Shown here: positions 53,517 through 64,000 of the stretch, piece after piece
Position numbering within the stretch: position 1 is the stretch's first letter
Layout: the number at the start of each line of letters is the position of its first letter
Source of the DNA: Balanoglossus misakiensis
Taxonomy: Eukaryota; Animalia; Hemichordata
Reading direction: 5' to 3'
Length of the DNA stretch: 64,000 nt
Assembly (NCBI GenBank): GCA_040954595.2
Contig: CM082586.2
Span: forward strand, 4,884,509-4,948,508
Notes under the pieces: model-generated
What the model was told of the DNA's origin: nothing
Databases searched by the model: none
Seen by the model: only the letters and a program-made list of their open reading frames with translations
Position numbers and translations under genes: made by a program

Positions 53517-55015
53517 AATTTGTGTCCGAAAGGTAGTAAAATGATCAAAGTCCAGTTGTTAACTCTGCAATATACAAAAATCTAATTTACAAAAATGGCT
53601 ATTTTTGGCGCAGTGGTTTTAAATTCCAAATTAAAATTATTTATCGAAGAAATGCAAAGAAGCTTACACTAGGAAGAAGTTAAGTAAGAATACCAAAAAT
53701 ACACATATTTGTATTGTAAATGTATTTTGTGTATTAGCAGGTTAGGAACTGGACTGTTTGATGCACTGTAATGTAATTAAAACATTTAATCACTATTTAA
53801 GTTGTTAAAAAGCACCTAGTAATCATGCATGATTCAAACACACTACAATCTTGCTAGGCAATCACAGCTTTGATCTTGCCAGTATTAGATTTGATACAAT
53901 CTTCCTGACTTCGGGGGTTGAATGAGGTCAAAAACCACCTGACGACATGGAAAATGGGATTGAATTCAATACTGGACAAATTATTCATGAATAAGTAAAA
54001 GTATTTCATTTGTGCATTCATTACTTTCAATTTGTTCGTAATTTACACAACTTGATTGATTATAAACAAAGAACCACAACCTGACATTTCAATTTTTTAA
54101 AGCATTTTACGAATACCTCAACTTGAAAAAAACTCATATTTGTCTAACATCACTCGCATCATAAAGAGACCATCTTCATTTCAACTTAATTGCATTAATA
54201 ATTTAAAGTAAAAAAAAAAAACAGTTAAAATTGATGTAAAAAAATAATGCATGCATAGTGGTTTGCTATTGCTTTTTGTAGTGTCTTGCAAGATCTTAGA
54301 AGACAAAAACCTTTCTGCCGCTGGCTGCAGGAGTCTTGGGGCAAAGTCTTGGCGCAGCATGTTACTGCACTCAGGTGTTTGTTATTTGATTCCACCACTG
54401 AGGAAGCAACCGACAAATCTCCATGTGCAGTATACCGCTTTTGCTTTTGTGTTGTCATCGTTCATTGTGCCGCAGTGCCGCTGGCGCTATTTTTTGTCAT
54501 TGTTTATGTTAGTCACTACCATTATCATATCATTGCGTGCCCCCCATCTGACGTGGGCAGGCTGGAGCAAAAACAAGGAAAATAAAAGACAAACAAAAAA
54601 TGCCAAACAAAAAAAGCTTTAAAAATTTGCTTCCGGGCTTTAAAGGAAGGCAATTTATGTGCTATCTGCTTCATCACATGCATGTGTTGCTATAGTTACT
54701 AAAAAGGCTTGCGCACACACAAATCATCTGCTTCAAATACTGTTACGATTGAAAAAAAGTTTCAGTGGAACTGTTGAATTTGCACCAATTTTGCATATTC
54801 TTGTTAAAGAATTGACCTGTTTGAATTTTGCTATCCTGTTAAGAAAATTCAAAAGATCTCAAAGTATCTAAATTCAGTGATGTATGCTACAAATTGCCTT
54901 CAGAAAAGAAATCAAGACACTTGTTTTTTTGGAAAAAAAACATGGTGGTTTGCACATGGGTATACTGTTTTGTAGGTTTATAATCGTGGGACTATCTGTA
55001 TATATTTTCCTTCAG

Positions 55016-55141
55016 TCTGCATCACGTCGGGTTGGTCTCCAATGCGCCAACTGTCACACGACACAAACTACACTTTGGCGCAGGAATAACGAGGGGGAGC
55101 CCGTTTGCAATGCCTGCGGACTGTATTACAAGCTACACTCG
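55016..55141 (+). CDS. GATA4/5/6: GATA4/5/6 C-terminal zinc-finger exon, copy A (canonical)
   Basis: Encodes [42 protein letters not shown]. Acceptor TTTTCCTTCAG|, donor TCG|GTATGT, 126 nt, phase 0/0. Confidence 0.95.
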
Positions 55142-55212
55142 GTATGTATAACCAGCCCGGTTCTTCTTCCCTTTTTTTCTTCATCAATTTTTCTTTCCCT
55201 CCCTCTCCCCAG

Positions 55213-55338
55213 AGCGGCTCTCGACATGAGGGTATTTCGTGCTCCAACTGTGGCACCACGGTAACTACTTTGTGGCGTAGGAATAATGAAGGTGAACCGG
55301 TGTGCAATGCCTGTGGGTTGTATTACAAGCAGCACAAA
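55213..55338 (+). CDS. GATA4/5/6: GATA4/5/6 C-terminal zinc-finger exon, copy B (alternative/duplicated)
   Basis: Encodes [43 protein letters not shown] ~50-nt pyrimidine tract precedes the CCCCAG| acceptor; donor AAA|GTATGT; 126 nt, phase 0/0. All four Zn-ligand Cys are intact. Confidence 0.88.
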
Positions 55339-58300
55339 GTATGTATCCCTACAACATGTACCTGTATACACGGACGCTAGCTGTGTTTGTTCTCGTGTCT
55401 CTCTGTCTGACATAGAAGTAATCCCTCTTGTACCCATTAAAAAAACACGGCACAGTTACACCTCATTTCAGATAAGAGATTAACTTCAGGTTAGATGTAA
55501 CTCCATGCTTCACTGTACTAAAGATTCAACATGATAAAATGGGGCAAAATCCTCCACAAACAGAATTAAATCGTAATTTTCCAAACGACAAAGGTGATTT
55601 CTGTGGGGTTATGTCACCCTAACATCAGATATCCATCCCAACTTCATGTACAACTCTGTGTTCCCAACATTCTGTGAAACACGTACCAGTTCTTTGGTTA
55701 ACGATGTAGTTGTTCGTCATAAATGTATCTTAGTTCTTTTTAGAAGAAAAGAAAACTGTAGAACTTTTGTGGTGTAAACAACACTTGGTATTGTTAAGGA
55801 TCCAGTATAGATGTTATTTACAATGTATATCATAAATGTGAAAAACAAATTGATGAGATACATGCATATTGAAGGATTATCTTATCAACTTCTGTAAGAA
55901 CGGAAGCAATCTTTTCAGAAAAAAATGTATAAAACTTGTTATTAGACTTGTGTTACTGTCTTTAAGACTTTATGGACATTTTAAAACTGGATTTCAGTTG
56001 AAAGTTTAGAACTTGATCTCAAAAGTTGTCCAAAAAGCAAGGTTCTCAAAGTTGTTCATGCAAATCTGCAAGCTGTTGATAAGATGCCAGGCTGGCCAAC
56101 CAAAATCTGTCGCCTCCAAGGTTTGTTCGAATCTCGCTGAAATCTGTCAGACTTGGGCAAATAAGAAGCAGTACTTTTGCCTTCACTCGGGGCAAAATGA
56201 CAAGCAAAATTCAACTGAGTAAATCTTTGACAGCGTCCCGTTTGATTTATACCATTGGCAGGGGAGGTTACATCCTTGAAGTGATGTTGACCAACAGTAA
56301 ATCTGTGTTTAACTTGCGAAAGGTTGCCAGTCCAAAGCAAGAGCCCAGAGTGTCAATCCCCGGCAATCAAGTTGTTTAGTGTGAAAAAGTCGTAAACTAT
56401 CTTCAAATGTTTGCAGGTTCTAAAAAACCACTGCTCATATAGGTTTCTTTGCATTTATTTATTGCCGGGGGACATAACTGAAATTGTTTGAAACATGCGA
56501 GAATTCTCATTTATTGTGCGTAGACTAACAAAAAAAAAAGCATGATCTGGCTGGTGAGATATTTTTATAAAAAGGAACTTATGTTGCTCTATGATGACTC
56601 CAGTGGAATCTCGTCGGTAATTTTAGATAGTGCTTTTGACGCAAGTCACGATAACATTTGAACATCGAACGTGGGGTAGGGTGTCAGTGCGTCCCAGTCA
56701 AATATCATGTCAAGATAGAGGTTATCTCGGTTGATAAGTCCGAAACTCCATATCCTCCACAAACCAAGGCACACAGGGGAATATGGAACCGCTGTGACTT
56801 GCCTCGGTTGTTCGGTTTTAGTACTTGCTTTTCTTGAGCGCAAAGAAACCTTAGTTTCCACCTATGTGCGAAAAATGCCACCTGAATTATGCTAATTTTG
56901 AAGGGTACGTTAGTTAAATTTTCACCAGTTGTTTTCCAGACCTTTCTATTTCTGAAGAGCTTATTTCACATTGAGAAGCAGTGCAGTATATGTGTCCATA
57001 GGTATCATTTTATCAAACTTCAGTTGTTGTTTTTTCGGTGCGTAAAAAAGTTGCAAGTTTTTTTTTGTTATTTGTGCCCTGGTATGTCATGACAGCCCCA
57101 AGTTGTTTGTTTGTACTGTGTGCTTAAAAGCCATTGGGAAGCCTACAAAAGCCAGCGCTTATCTGAAATCCATATATCACTGCTCATAAAGCTGACACAT
57201 TAAGTCTTTTATGATCCCCAATTACCTCAGCCCAACAGTACTTGTTTAGCTAGTGAGCAGCGGGCAAACATGACAGGAGCCAGGGGGCGCCAAATTAACC
57301 TGAATGAAAAAAAAGAGAGGTAAAATACCTTTACTCACGCGATTAAGGGACATTGAGAAAAAAATTCTGATTTTTCATTCACATGTTCAGAGATTTGTAT
57401 ATTTCTTGATAATTATTATACATGTATCTATAAAGAAAACGGCCCAAGTGAGTTTTTTGGACAGTGTCGGCGACCACCCTGTGAAACTTGATGGAAACCT
57501 GCCCTGTATTGACGCATGACATTAATTCAATCCACCTGCAACACGTCCGAGATATGTGACATTCAAAATGAGTTTTGATGAAAAAAATCGATACTACATG
57601 TCGAGGGCATGTCCGCATAGGAAAACAATTCCGTCATGTCTATGAAATAGTCGGATTTGAACTGCACGAAATAATTCAGTGGTGGAATTTTTGCGTTTCC
57701 TAGTGCATGATTGCCAGGGTGTTAATGCAGCGGTCAAATATTGCCTGTGCTACTTCAGGTTGTAGATGCGTCCCAGATAGAGAGATGAAACATTGTTAGA
57801 GAAAAACTGTTGGGTCCATTTGGGACAAGTGTATCTTGACTGGTTCAACTGTGACTGTGACTTCTGACTGTTTTTCAGTATTTTTGTTTTATATATCAGA
57901 TGAGTTTTGTTTGAACCCCTGGAGCTTAATGAAATGGCCAGTAATTAGCTTATCGACACAGCCTAATTATGTACAATTAGCATTGTTTATGTTGTAAACT
58001 GGGGTAGGTAGGGTTGGGTGGGTTGAGAGTGGCACTCACAGAATGATTGAATCATGGCAGTTGTACGTGAGCGCCATTTTTCAATTGCAAACAGCCACAC
58101 CTGGAAGTTGTGAGGAAAGCTCCGTGGAATTTGGAACCTTGCCTTGTGAGGTCCCATTGCTTCCATTCTCTGCACAGAGTACGTGTCGTAATGACAAAAG
58201 CGTGCAGGTTTACCACCCAGACAGTCTGCAACAGGAAGGAAGGCAAAACCCCGCAAAAATCATGTCCTGAAACCCATCACAAACAAAAATCCTTTTTTCC

Positions 58301-61300
58301 ATGTTCAAATCAAAGGGGAAAAAAATTCTTTCCTAAAGTTTGAATTCTGTCTGTGTGTTCCATACTAGTACTGTTTATGGGGTTAAATTGGTGCAAATAA
58401 GGTTGTGATGGAAACTGAAATTATAAACCTTTTTGTTGATCTTTCTCTGGCCTCATTTTTTTGCTAAAATATAATGAAGTCTTATAGCTCTGGATGTGAC
58501 ATAGTGCTGTTGATAAAAAATATTTTGAGATTCAAATCAAAATTATGAATCATTTAAAAAAATTGTTATATGTTTTGGCTGTTTTTTCTTGGTCTATCAA
58601 AAACAAAGTCCCGTAAGTGGTGGGCGTATGAAACTGTTTATACAACATAGTGAAGCTGTGTACATCAGCTGGCATGTTTTTTATTCCCCAAAATCTGAAC
58701 TGGTTGCCTTATAAGTAGTCTGAATAGAGTGTCACTCGGCTAATCTCACAGCATGGATGAAGTGGTCAGCACGATAAAAGTTTAAGTTTTCCTTACTCGT
58801 TTCAAATTATTAAATCGTCAGGAGAGAATAGTCTACAGTCATTGCAAATACTGGTCATTAGGAGAACTGGTTTACTTAACAAAATTTATGCGTTGAAAGC
58901 AATGCCACGTTTGGCAGTGTAGAAACTCTTGATATTGTCTCGCCGCTTGATAGTCGCATCTGACAGCACGCTGAACAAGCCAAGCGTTGTTTACCCCCCC
59001 CCCTCGAAAAAAAACAACCGAATTTCCCAGACCCCAGCCATCACCTGCGCCCCTCCCAAACCGTTTCCATTTTTCACAGGGCATTCTTTTCCCCTCGCTT
59101 TGAAGGAATTCCGTCCACGTTAAGTAGGGTTGTACCCCCCTGGGAGATGTCTTTCTCATGGCTCGGGCAGAAGGCGGCACCACGAGACTCCCCTGTTTCA
59201 TTTCCACGCACCGGCAGGCACCCCGATGAAATATCGGCAATCGTCTGATCTTTCCCCCCGGCCCCGGATCGCATGTAGCTGTCAGATGCGCTTAAGAAGA
59301 GGAAATAAGTGGCCGTGTCAAATAATTGGGAAGCTAGGGTGTCGGGTTTGGTCCAGTTTTTCTCGCTGGAAACACAAAGACAGTTAATTAAATTGAAAAC
59401 TTACACCCGTATACCCGTTCACATAGAACATCTATCATGCTTGTTCAGTCTGACCGAATTGTCTTCTACTCTAACCCAACAGGGAATAGATTCCCCCTCG
59501 TAGACTGTCCCCCAACCAGGTTTTGAGTGATGGCTCTGTTACCGTGACAACGTGTTGACGGATGTCTTGTTGTTTTGTTGGTCCTGCAGCAGACGTAGTT
59601 CGAAAGTTTTTTGTGCTTCACTGAAACTGCTAACTTAGTAAATTTCTCTATAAAAGGTTGATTTATATTTTCAAAAAAAAAAGTTTTCAAAAGTCTATCA
59701 GTTCTGTTGCCCAAACATCATAAAGAAGTGAAAATCTAAAACAAAGTTGTGTCTTTCCGTCATTGTAAGGAGTGAAATCTGAGATAATCAAGTCCAAATG
59801 AAAAACAATTTTGAAGCAGCATCCATGAAAACACATATTGCAGAGAAAATGTGTGTCTCATTCTTATCGCAGCCGAATTGATGACTACCAAACCCACTCT
59901 CCACTTGAGCCCAGAAAAAATTCCACAGCCCTCTCTAAAAACACAACCACCACTATAACACCGAACAACATAACAGCCATCCCATTCCACTAAAAGTTTA
60001 ATTAAGGCCACCTTTAGACCCCCACAAAAACGCTGATCTGTTCCAAATTGTTACAGTTTAGAAGTGACTCGCCCTGTCATTAGCGGGGCACCGTATCGCA
60101 CTCCGTGGTATGCCAGAGCTCTGTCATCAGAGCTCGGAATGACCACATCTTGTCTGATTTCATGGGTAATGACAAGACCGTTTCTCGCAGAGTAGCGGCC
60201 AGGGGAAATAACAAAACATGTGTTTGTCCTCAACGAAAGTATTTGATGACTGGGACGCATGAAATACATTAAACAGTGGTCTGTTTTCTTCCGTCAGACT
60301 ACAGAACTTAAACACTTAAAATATTTTGGAAAGATTATGGAAGTCAGTGTCGCTAGCAATTTTTTCCCCCAATATAATAGAGATTTTTCATATAAGATTT
60401 TCAGTATCTTTTACCCTACAACAGGGAGATAAAAATTTGTATGATATTGGAGTTACATAATTGGAATGTTTGAGAATAGTGACTGAGCTAGGCTTCTGCT
60501 GTGGTGATACTAATTGTCTCTCGGTAATCATCAAGAAGAAAATGACCGTTTGGAAACAGACAGGACTTAAATCTACAGTCGTAGTCAGGGTGATTCATAT
60601 CTTAAAATTCAATGTTTCTCTGTACATCTGCAAGTATTTATAAACTTCAGTGGTGCAAGTCCGTGCAAACATCCCTGAGCCCTTCACACTTCTGTAGCTC
60701 TTCCAGTTCGCAGTCGACTGCGCGGAGAACTCCCTCCATCTGTAAATCTTTAGAAAATCAGTCGGGCGTACCACCGAGGGGAAATTAAAAGTCTAGGTGA
60801 AATGGGCTATCAAGATCACACAGTTCAGCGCGTGCTAATCGATCATTTCAGGAAGGTGTCAAATTTGCCGTTTTTTGGAGATAACTTCTTCAAGGAGATA
60901 TAGCGGGGCGTGCGGTAACATGCAAGCGAAATGGACACAGTTAAACTTGGTGAAGGGCCCTGCTTATGTTTGGAAGGCTCTTCAATAAATCGTGTCCAAT
61001 ACAGAACAAATATTAGCAAACTACTGTAATGAATCCGTAACTCGGAACTCCACCTCCATTTTTATCAAAACACCCCTTGATATTTAAAAAAAAAATGAAG
61101 CAGATTTATTTTTTCCGTGTGACATTTTCAGAATGTATCAGATAACACGAAAAATTTCTAAATTTGATAGAAAATAGGGAAATATCCAGTCTTTTCAGTA
61201 TCTTATCTTTGCCTTTGAATTGTAATTGATAAATTAGTTGCTTGTTCTTTGATGTCCGATAAAAAGTGACATATTGCTGATTGCTTTTTTTCGGGGAAGT

Positions 61301-63533
61301 TAACAATTTTCAGGAAGGAATATATTCCGTTAGGTTAAAATACGTTAGGCCTCAGTTGAATCTTTGATCAGATTAACTGTAGTGTCAGCTAGTTTCCATG
61401 GTGACATGTTAGTTGAAATCACCTGGCGCACACTTCCCTAGTGATCTCAGGATGTCTGTGTGATTGCCCTCACAGTTAAAAAGGGAAAATTCAGTTACAG
61501 TTTGCTTGACCTCGCACGATGACAATCAAGGAACGAAAAGTAAAGTTTGGAAATTAATCATGTTTATCGATTAATTATGATTGATTAAGTTTAGTTGTCA
61601 CTGCCTTTACATATTGTTGCATGTAATGAGCTTTTTCATGGCTGATGAGAGATTGCAGAATAGAAACTGGGCTTGCTATGACAGTGCTGCATCTGTTCAG
61701 GTTTGATCAATTCTTCCATGATAACAATAGCTATACCACTGAACTTCCTTTACACTAAAAACTCCGATATTTTCACCATCTCTGCCCTTATAGTTGAAGG
61801 TCAAGTGTACTTTCTAAAGATTGACAACTTGTTTGTGCATTCGGCCAGTTGTGTCTTGGCGGACTCAATATATATGACAAGGGGTTGTTTACAGAAAGTT
61901 TGAAAACTATATATCTGTCAGTCGTAAACTGTGACACGTAAGCTGAATTCAATGAGCTTTCATTTGTTTAAACTTTTACCACAGTGGCATAAAAAACGCC
62001 CCAAGTGGAAAATAAAAATTTAACATACAATGGGAGACAGAAGTGCCTCATGGCAGCCCAGAAATTGTTTTTCTGTCTTGTGTCTGGGATATTCATTTGG
62101 ATTTATTGATTGGTGAGAGCTGTGCTCTGAAGTCGCTAAACTCTTGGGAATTTATGAGGCAACAGACATTATAATCAACACATTTTAGAAGTTATTGTAA
62201 ACTCTAGCCTCTTAATTCGATCAGTACAAGTGAACCACTGCCTAGTTCTCTGAGTTCTGGCGTGAATTGCATCGACAGATTTCAAACTTTGAAACATTAT
62301 TTCTGTTGAAGCAAAGTAGATAATATAAATTTGTTGATCATTATGGTTTTAAGATGCATGGGTGAAGACAGTCTTTGTGTTACGACTGTTTTTCCAGACT
62401 TTATAGCCACCCCCTCACCCAACCTCAATTTTACCATGTGATAATTTATCTGTCTGCCCCCAAAATTGCCTGGTCTGTTCACCCGGCCTAATTAGTCTCT
62501 GGTGAACATTGGACCGTTCCACGTGAATTTAGGGTTGCCAAGGGTGAAGGACGTTGCCTTTTCTGGCTTCTCTCTGCAACGCGCCGGTCCCTCCCGGGTT
62601 TTCAGAAAGATGTGGGAAAGTTTTTCGGCGGAGGGCAGGGGTGATTTTTCTTGCCGGGGGGATGAGTTGTCACGGGAACGGTCCGCTTGTATATCATGTC
62701 CACTCCAGAGTAATTAAAACATAACAAATATCGAGCAATCATCCCTGGAGATTCCATTGAAATTCTGAGATACTTTTTCGGTCTCGTGAAAGAATTCCTT
62801 GCAACAGGGAAGAGTAGTGTGTGCCACATTGCAGACTGTCTGCAACTCAAGTGGGGAATTAGACACTGCTGTTTAATTTCATCACTAACATTTTTCTTAT
62901 CGCTAAAATCTGATCGGATGACAAGCATGAAAATTACGGGGGAAAGCAAAATCAGATTTTTGTTGTACATGTACTAATTGCTGCACATTATGTGACAGAA
63001 AAGAAGGGGATAAAAATAGCTGAAAATTCAAATTTCAGAACAGAACAATAGTCAGCTGTCTATTGTTCATTAGTACTGTTAAACCCTGTCCGTGGTTTTC
63101 GTTTGATGTGTTTGCCAGCCAGCACCTCCCCAAAATCACACCAGACTTTCGGTCCCCCTTGAAAGGCCTGCTGTCATTCCAAATATGGTCTCGGCTCGCA
63201 GTGGACGAAGACAGGCCCAAGGGGTTACAGTATTGGCGCATGTCACCGTGTTTGAAATATTAATGGCCTGATCACTTCTCTCTCACTTCAAAAGAATCGG
63301 TACGGTCAGCTCATAGTGTGAGGAGAAATAAAAGCAAACATTATTTCAGGGAGAAACTGACAGTGACGAAATGCATGTCGGAGAAATGAGAGGAAAACTT
63401 AATGTGCACTGAGTGTAGTTATGGCATCAAAAACACAGCTGAAAAGTACATATTACTATATTATACGAATCTCGACTTAGGAACTTCTGAAACACATTTT
63501 GATGTTTACCCTGTGCTTCTTTTTAACTCGCAG

Positions 63534-63722
63534 GTGAATCGCCCATTGGCTCTTAAGAAGGACAGCATCCAGACGCGCAAACGCAAACCCAAGAATACTT
63601 CTCAGCAGGGCCAGCCCGACATGAAGAGCAGCCCAAACGTTGGCATGCACGACGACAAGTCCAACATCGTGGCCAGCTCCGCCCCGACCTGTATTGGAAT
63701 GTCGACTCCGACCATCAAAAAG
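63534..63722 (+). CDS. GATA4/5/6: GATA4/5/6 basic-region exon after the C-finger; gene continues beyond the window
   Basis: Encodes VNRPLALKKDSIQTRKRKPKN...PTIKK (TRKRKPK is 4/5/6-type, versus TRNRK in GATA1/2/3). Acceptor CTTCTTTTTAACTCGCAG|, donor AAG|GTGAGT, 189 nt, no stop codon. Confidence 0.93.
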
Positions 63723-64000
63723 GTGAGTCAATTTCTCTCGCCGTTTCTCATCCTATAATATCAAGAGCGATCTCGATGCAATGCAGTCAGATACTGCGTG
63801 AAATATAGTACTGTGCGGTACAGAGTGATGTAATATATATGATAGGAGATGTGATATGATTTGAAGAAGAATGATATTGTGAACGCACTGTGAAGGGTAC
63901 AGCTGATTGATGGGACTGGCCATGTTGCGGTAATATTTCTTACAGGTAAATGACAGATGTTATCCGAGACCGATTGTTTTATCTTTGCTTTTCTGATAAT

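Noticed and set aside
55016-55338. Assembly or haplotype artefact as the explanation for the duplicated exon
   Set aside because: The copies differ at 10 amino acids and at many synonymous sites, and their upstream flanks are unrelated. This is far beyond allelic divergence.
54884-55380. ORF-track proteins of 126 aa and 91 aa read as two separate small GATA genes
   Set aside because: Only the 42-aa segments bounded by AG/GT are finger-like and the flanks are intronic. They are exons of one gene.
15348-62618. Scattered Su(H) (YGTGRGAA) and Tcf (CTTTGAT) motifs
   Set aside because: Numbers are near chance expectation for 64 kb, and I saw no paired or clustered arrangement.
42649-63722. Assignment to the GATA1/2/3 class because of the VFFNHLD motif
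   Set aside because: MYQ, SPVYVPT, SPRFSF, KPQRRL, SASRRVG and TRKRKPK are all GATA4/5/6 diagnostics.
1-64000. Prokaryotic features (operons, CRISPR arrays, IS elements, rRNA/tRNA genes)
   Set aside because: The sequence is intron-containing animal DNA. No regularly spaced repeat-spacer array or RNA gene was seen.

Overview
Eukaryotic (animal) genomic DNA. The protein motifs suggest an invertebrate deuterostome, but the species cannot be fixed from the sequence. The window holds one recognisable gene: the 5' part of a + strand GATA4/5/6-class (pannier/GATAe-type) zinc-finger transcription factor. Its coding exons are 42649-43510, ~52828-52973, 55016-55141 and/or 55213-55338, and 63534-63722, and the gene continues past the window end. 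About 40 kb of CpG-rich non-coding DNA lies upstream. The main surprise is that the exon encoding the DNA-binding C-terminal zinc finger is present twice in tandem. Both copies are 126 nt, phase 0/0, with intact splice sites, and are separated by only 71 nt. Their 22-codon core differs only at synonymous sites. This points to mutually exclusive splicing of alternative DNA-binding fingers, or to a three-finger GATA. Other points: a GATA6-like 145-aa N-terminal extension carrying a GATA2-like motif, an overlapping uORF suited to leaky scanning, a CCAAT/E-box/TATA promoter, clusters of GATA sites, a nested MITE cluster, a Penelope-like relic, and an old ~450-bp non-coding duplication. Nearly all other ORFs in the supplied track look like chance ORFs. 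Exon boundaries are inferred from splice signals and reading frame, not from transcripts.
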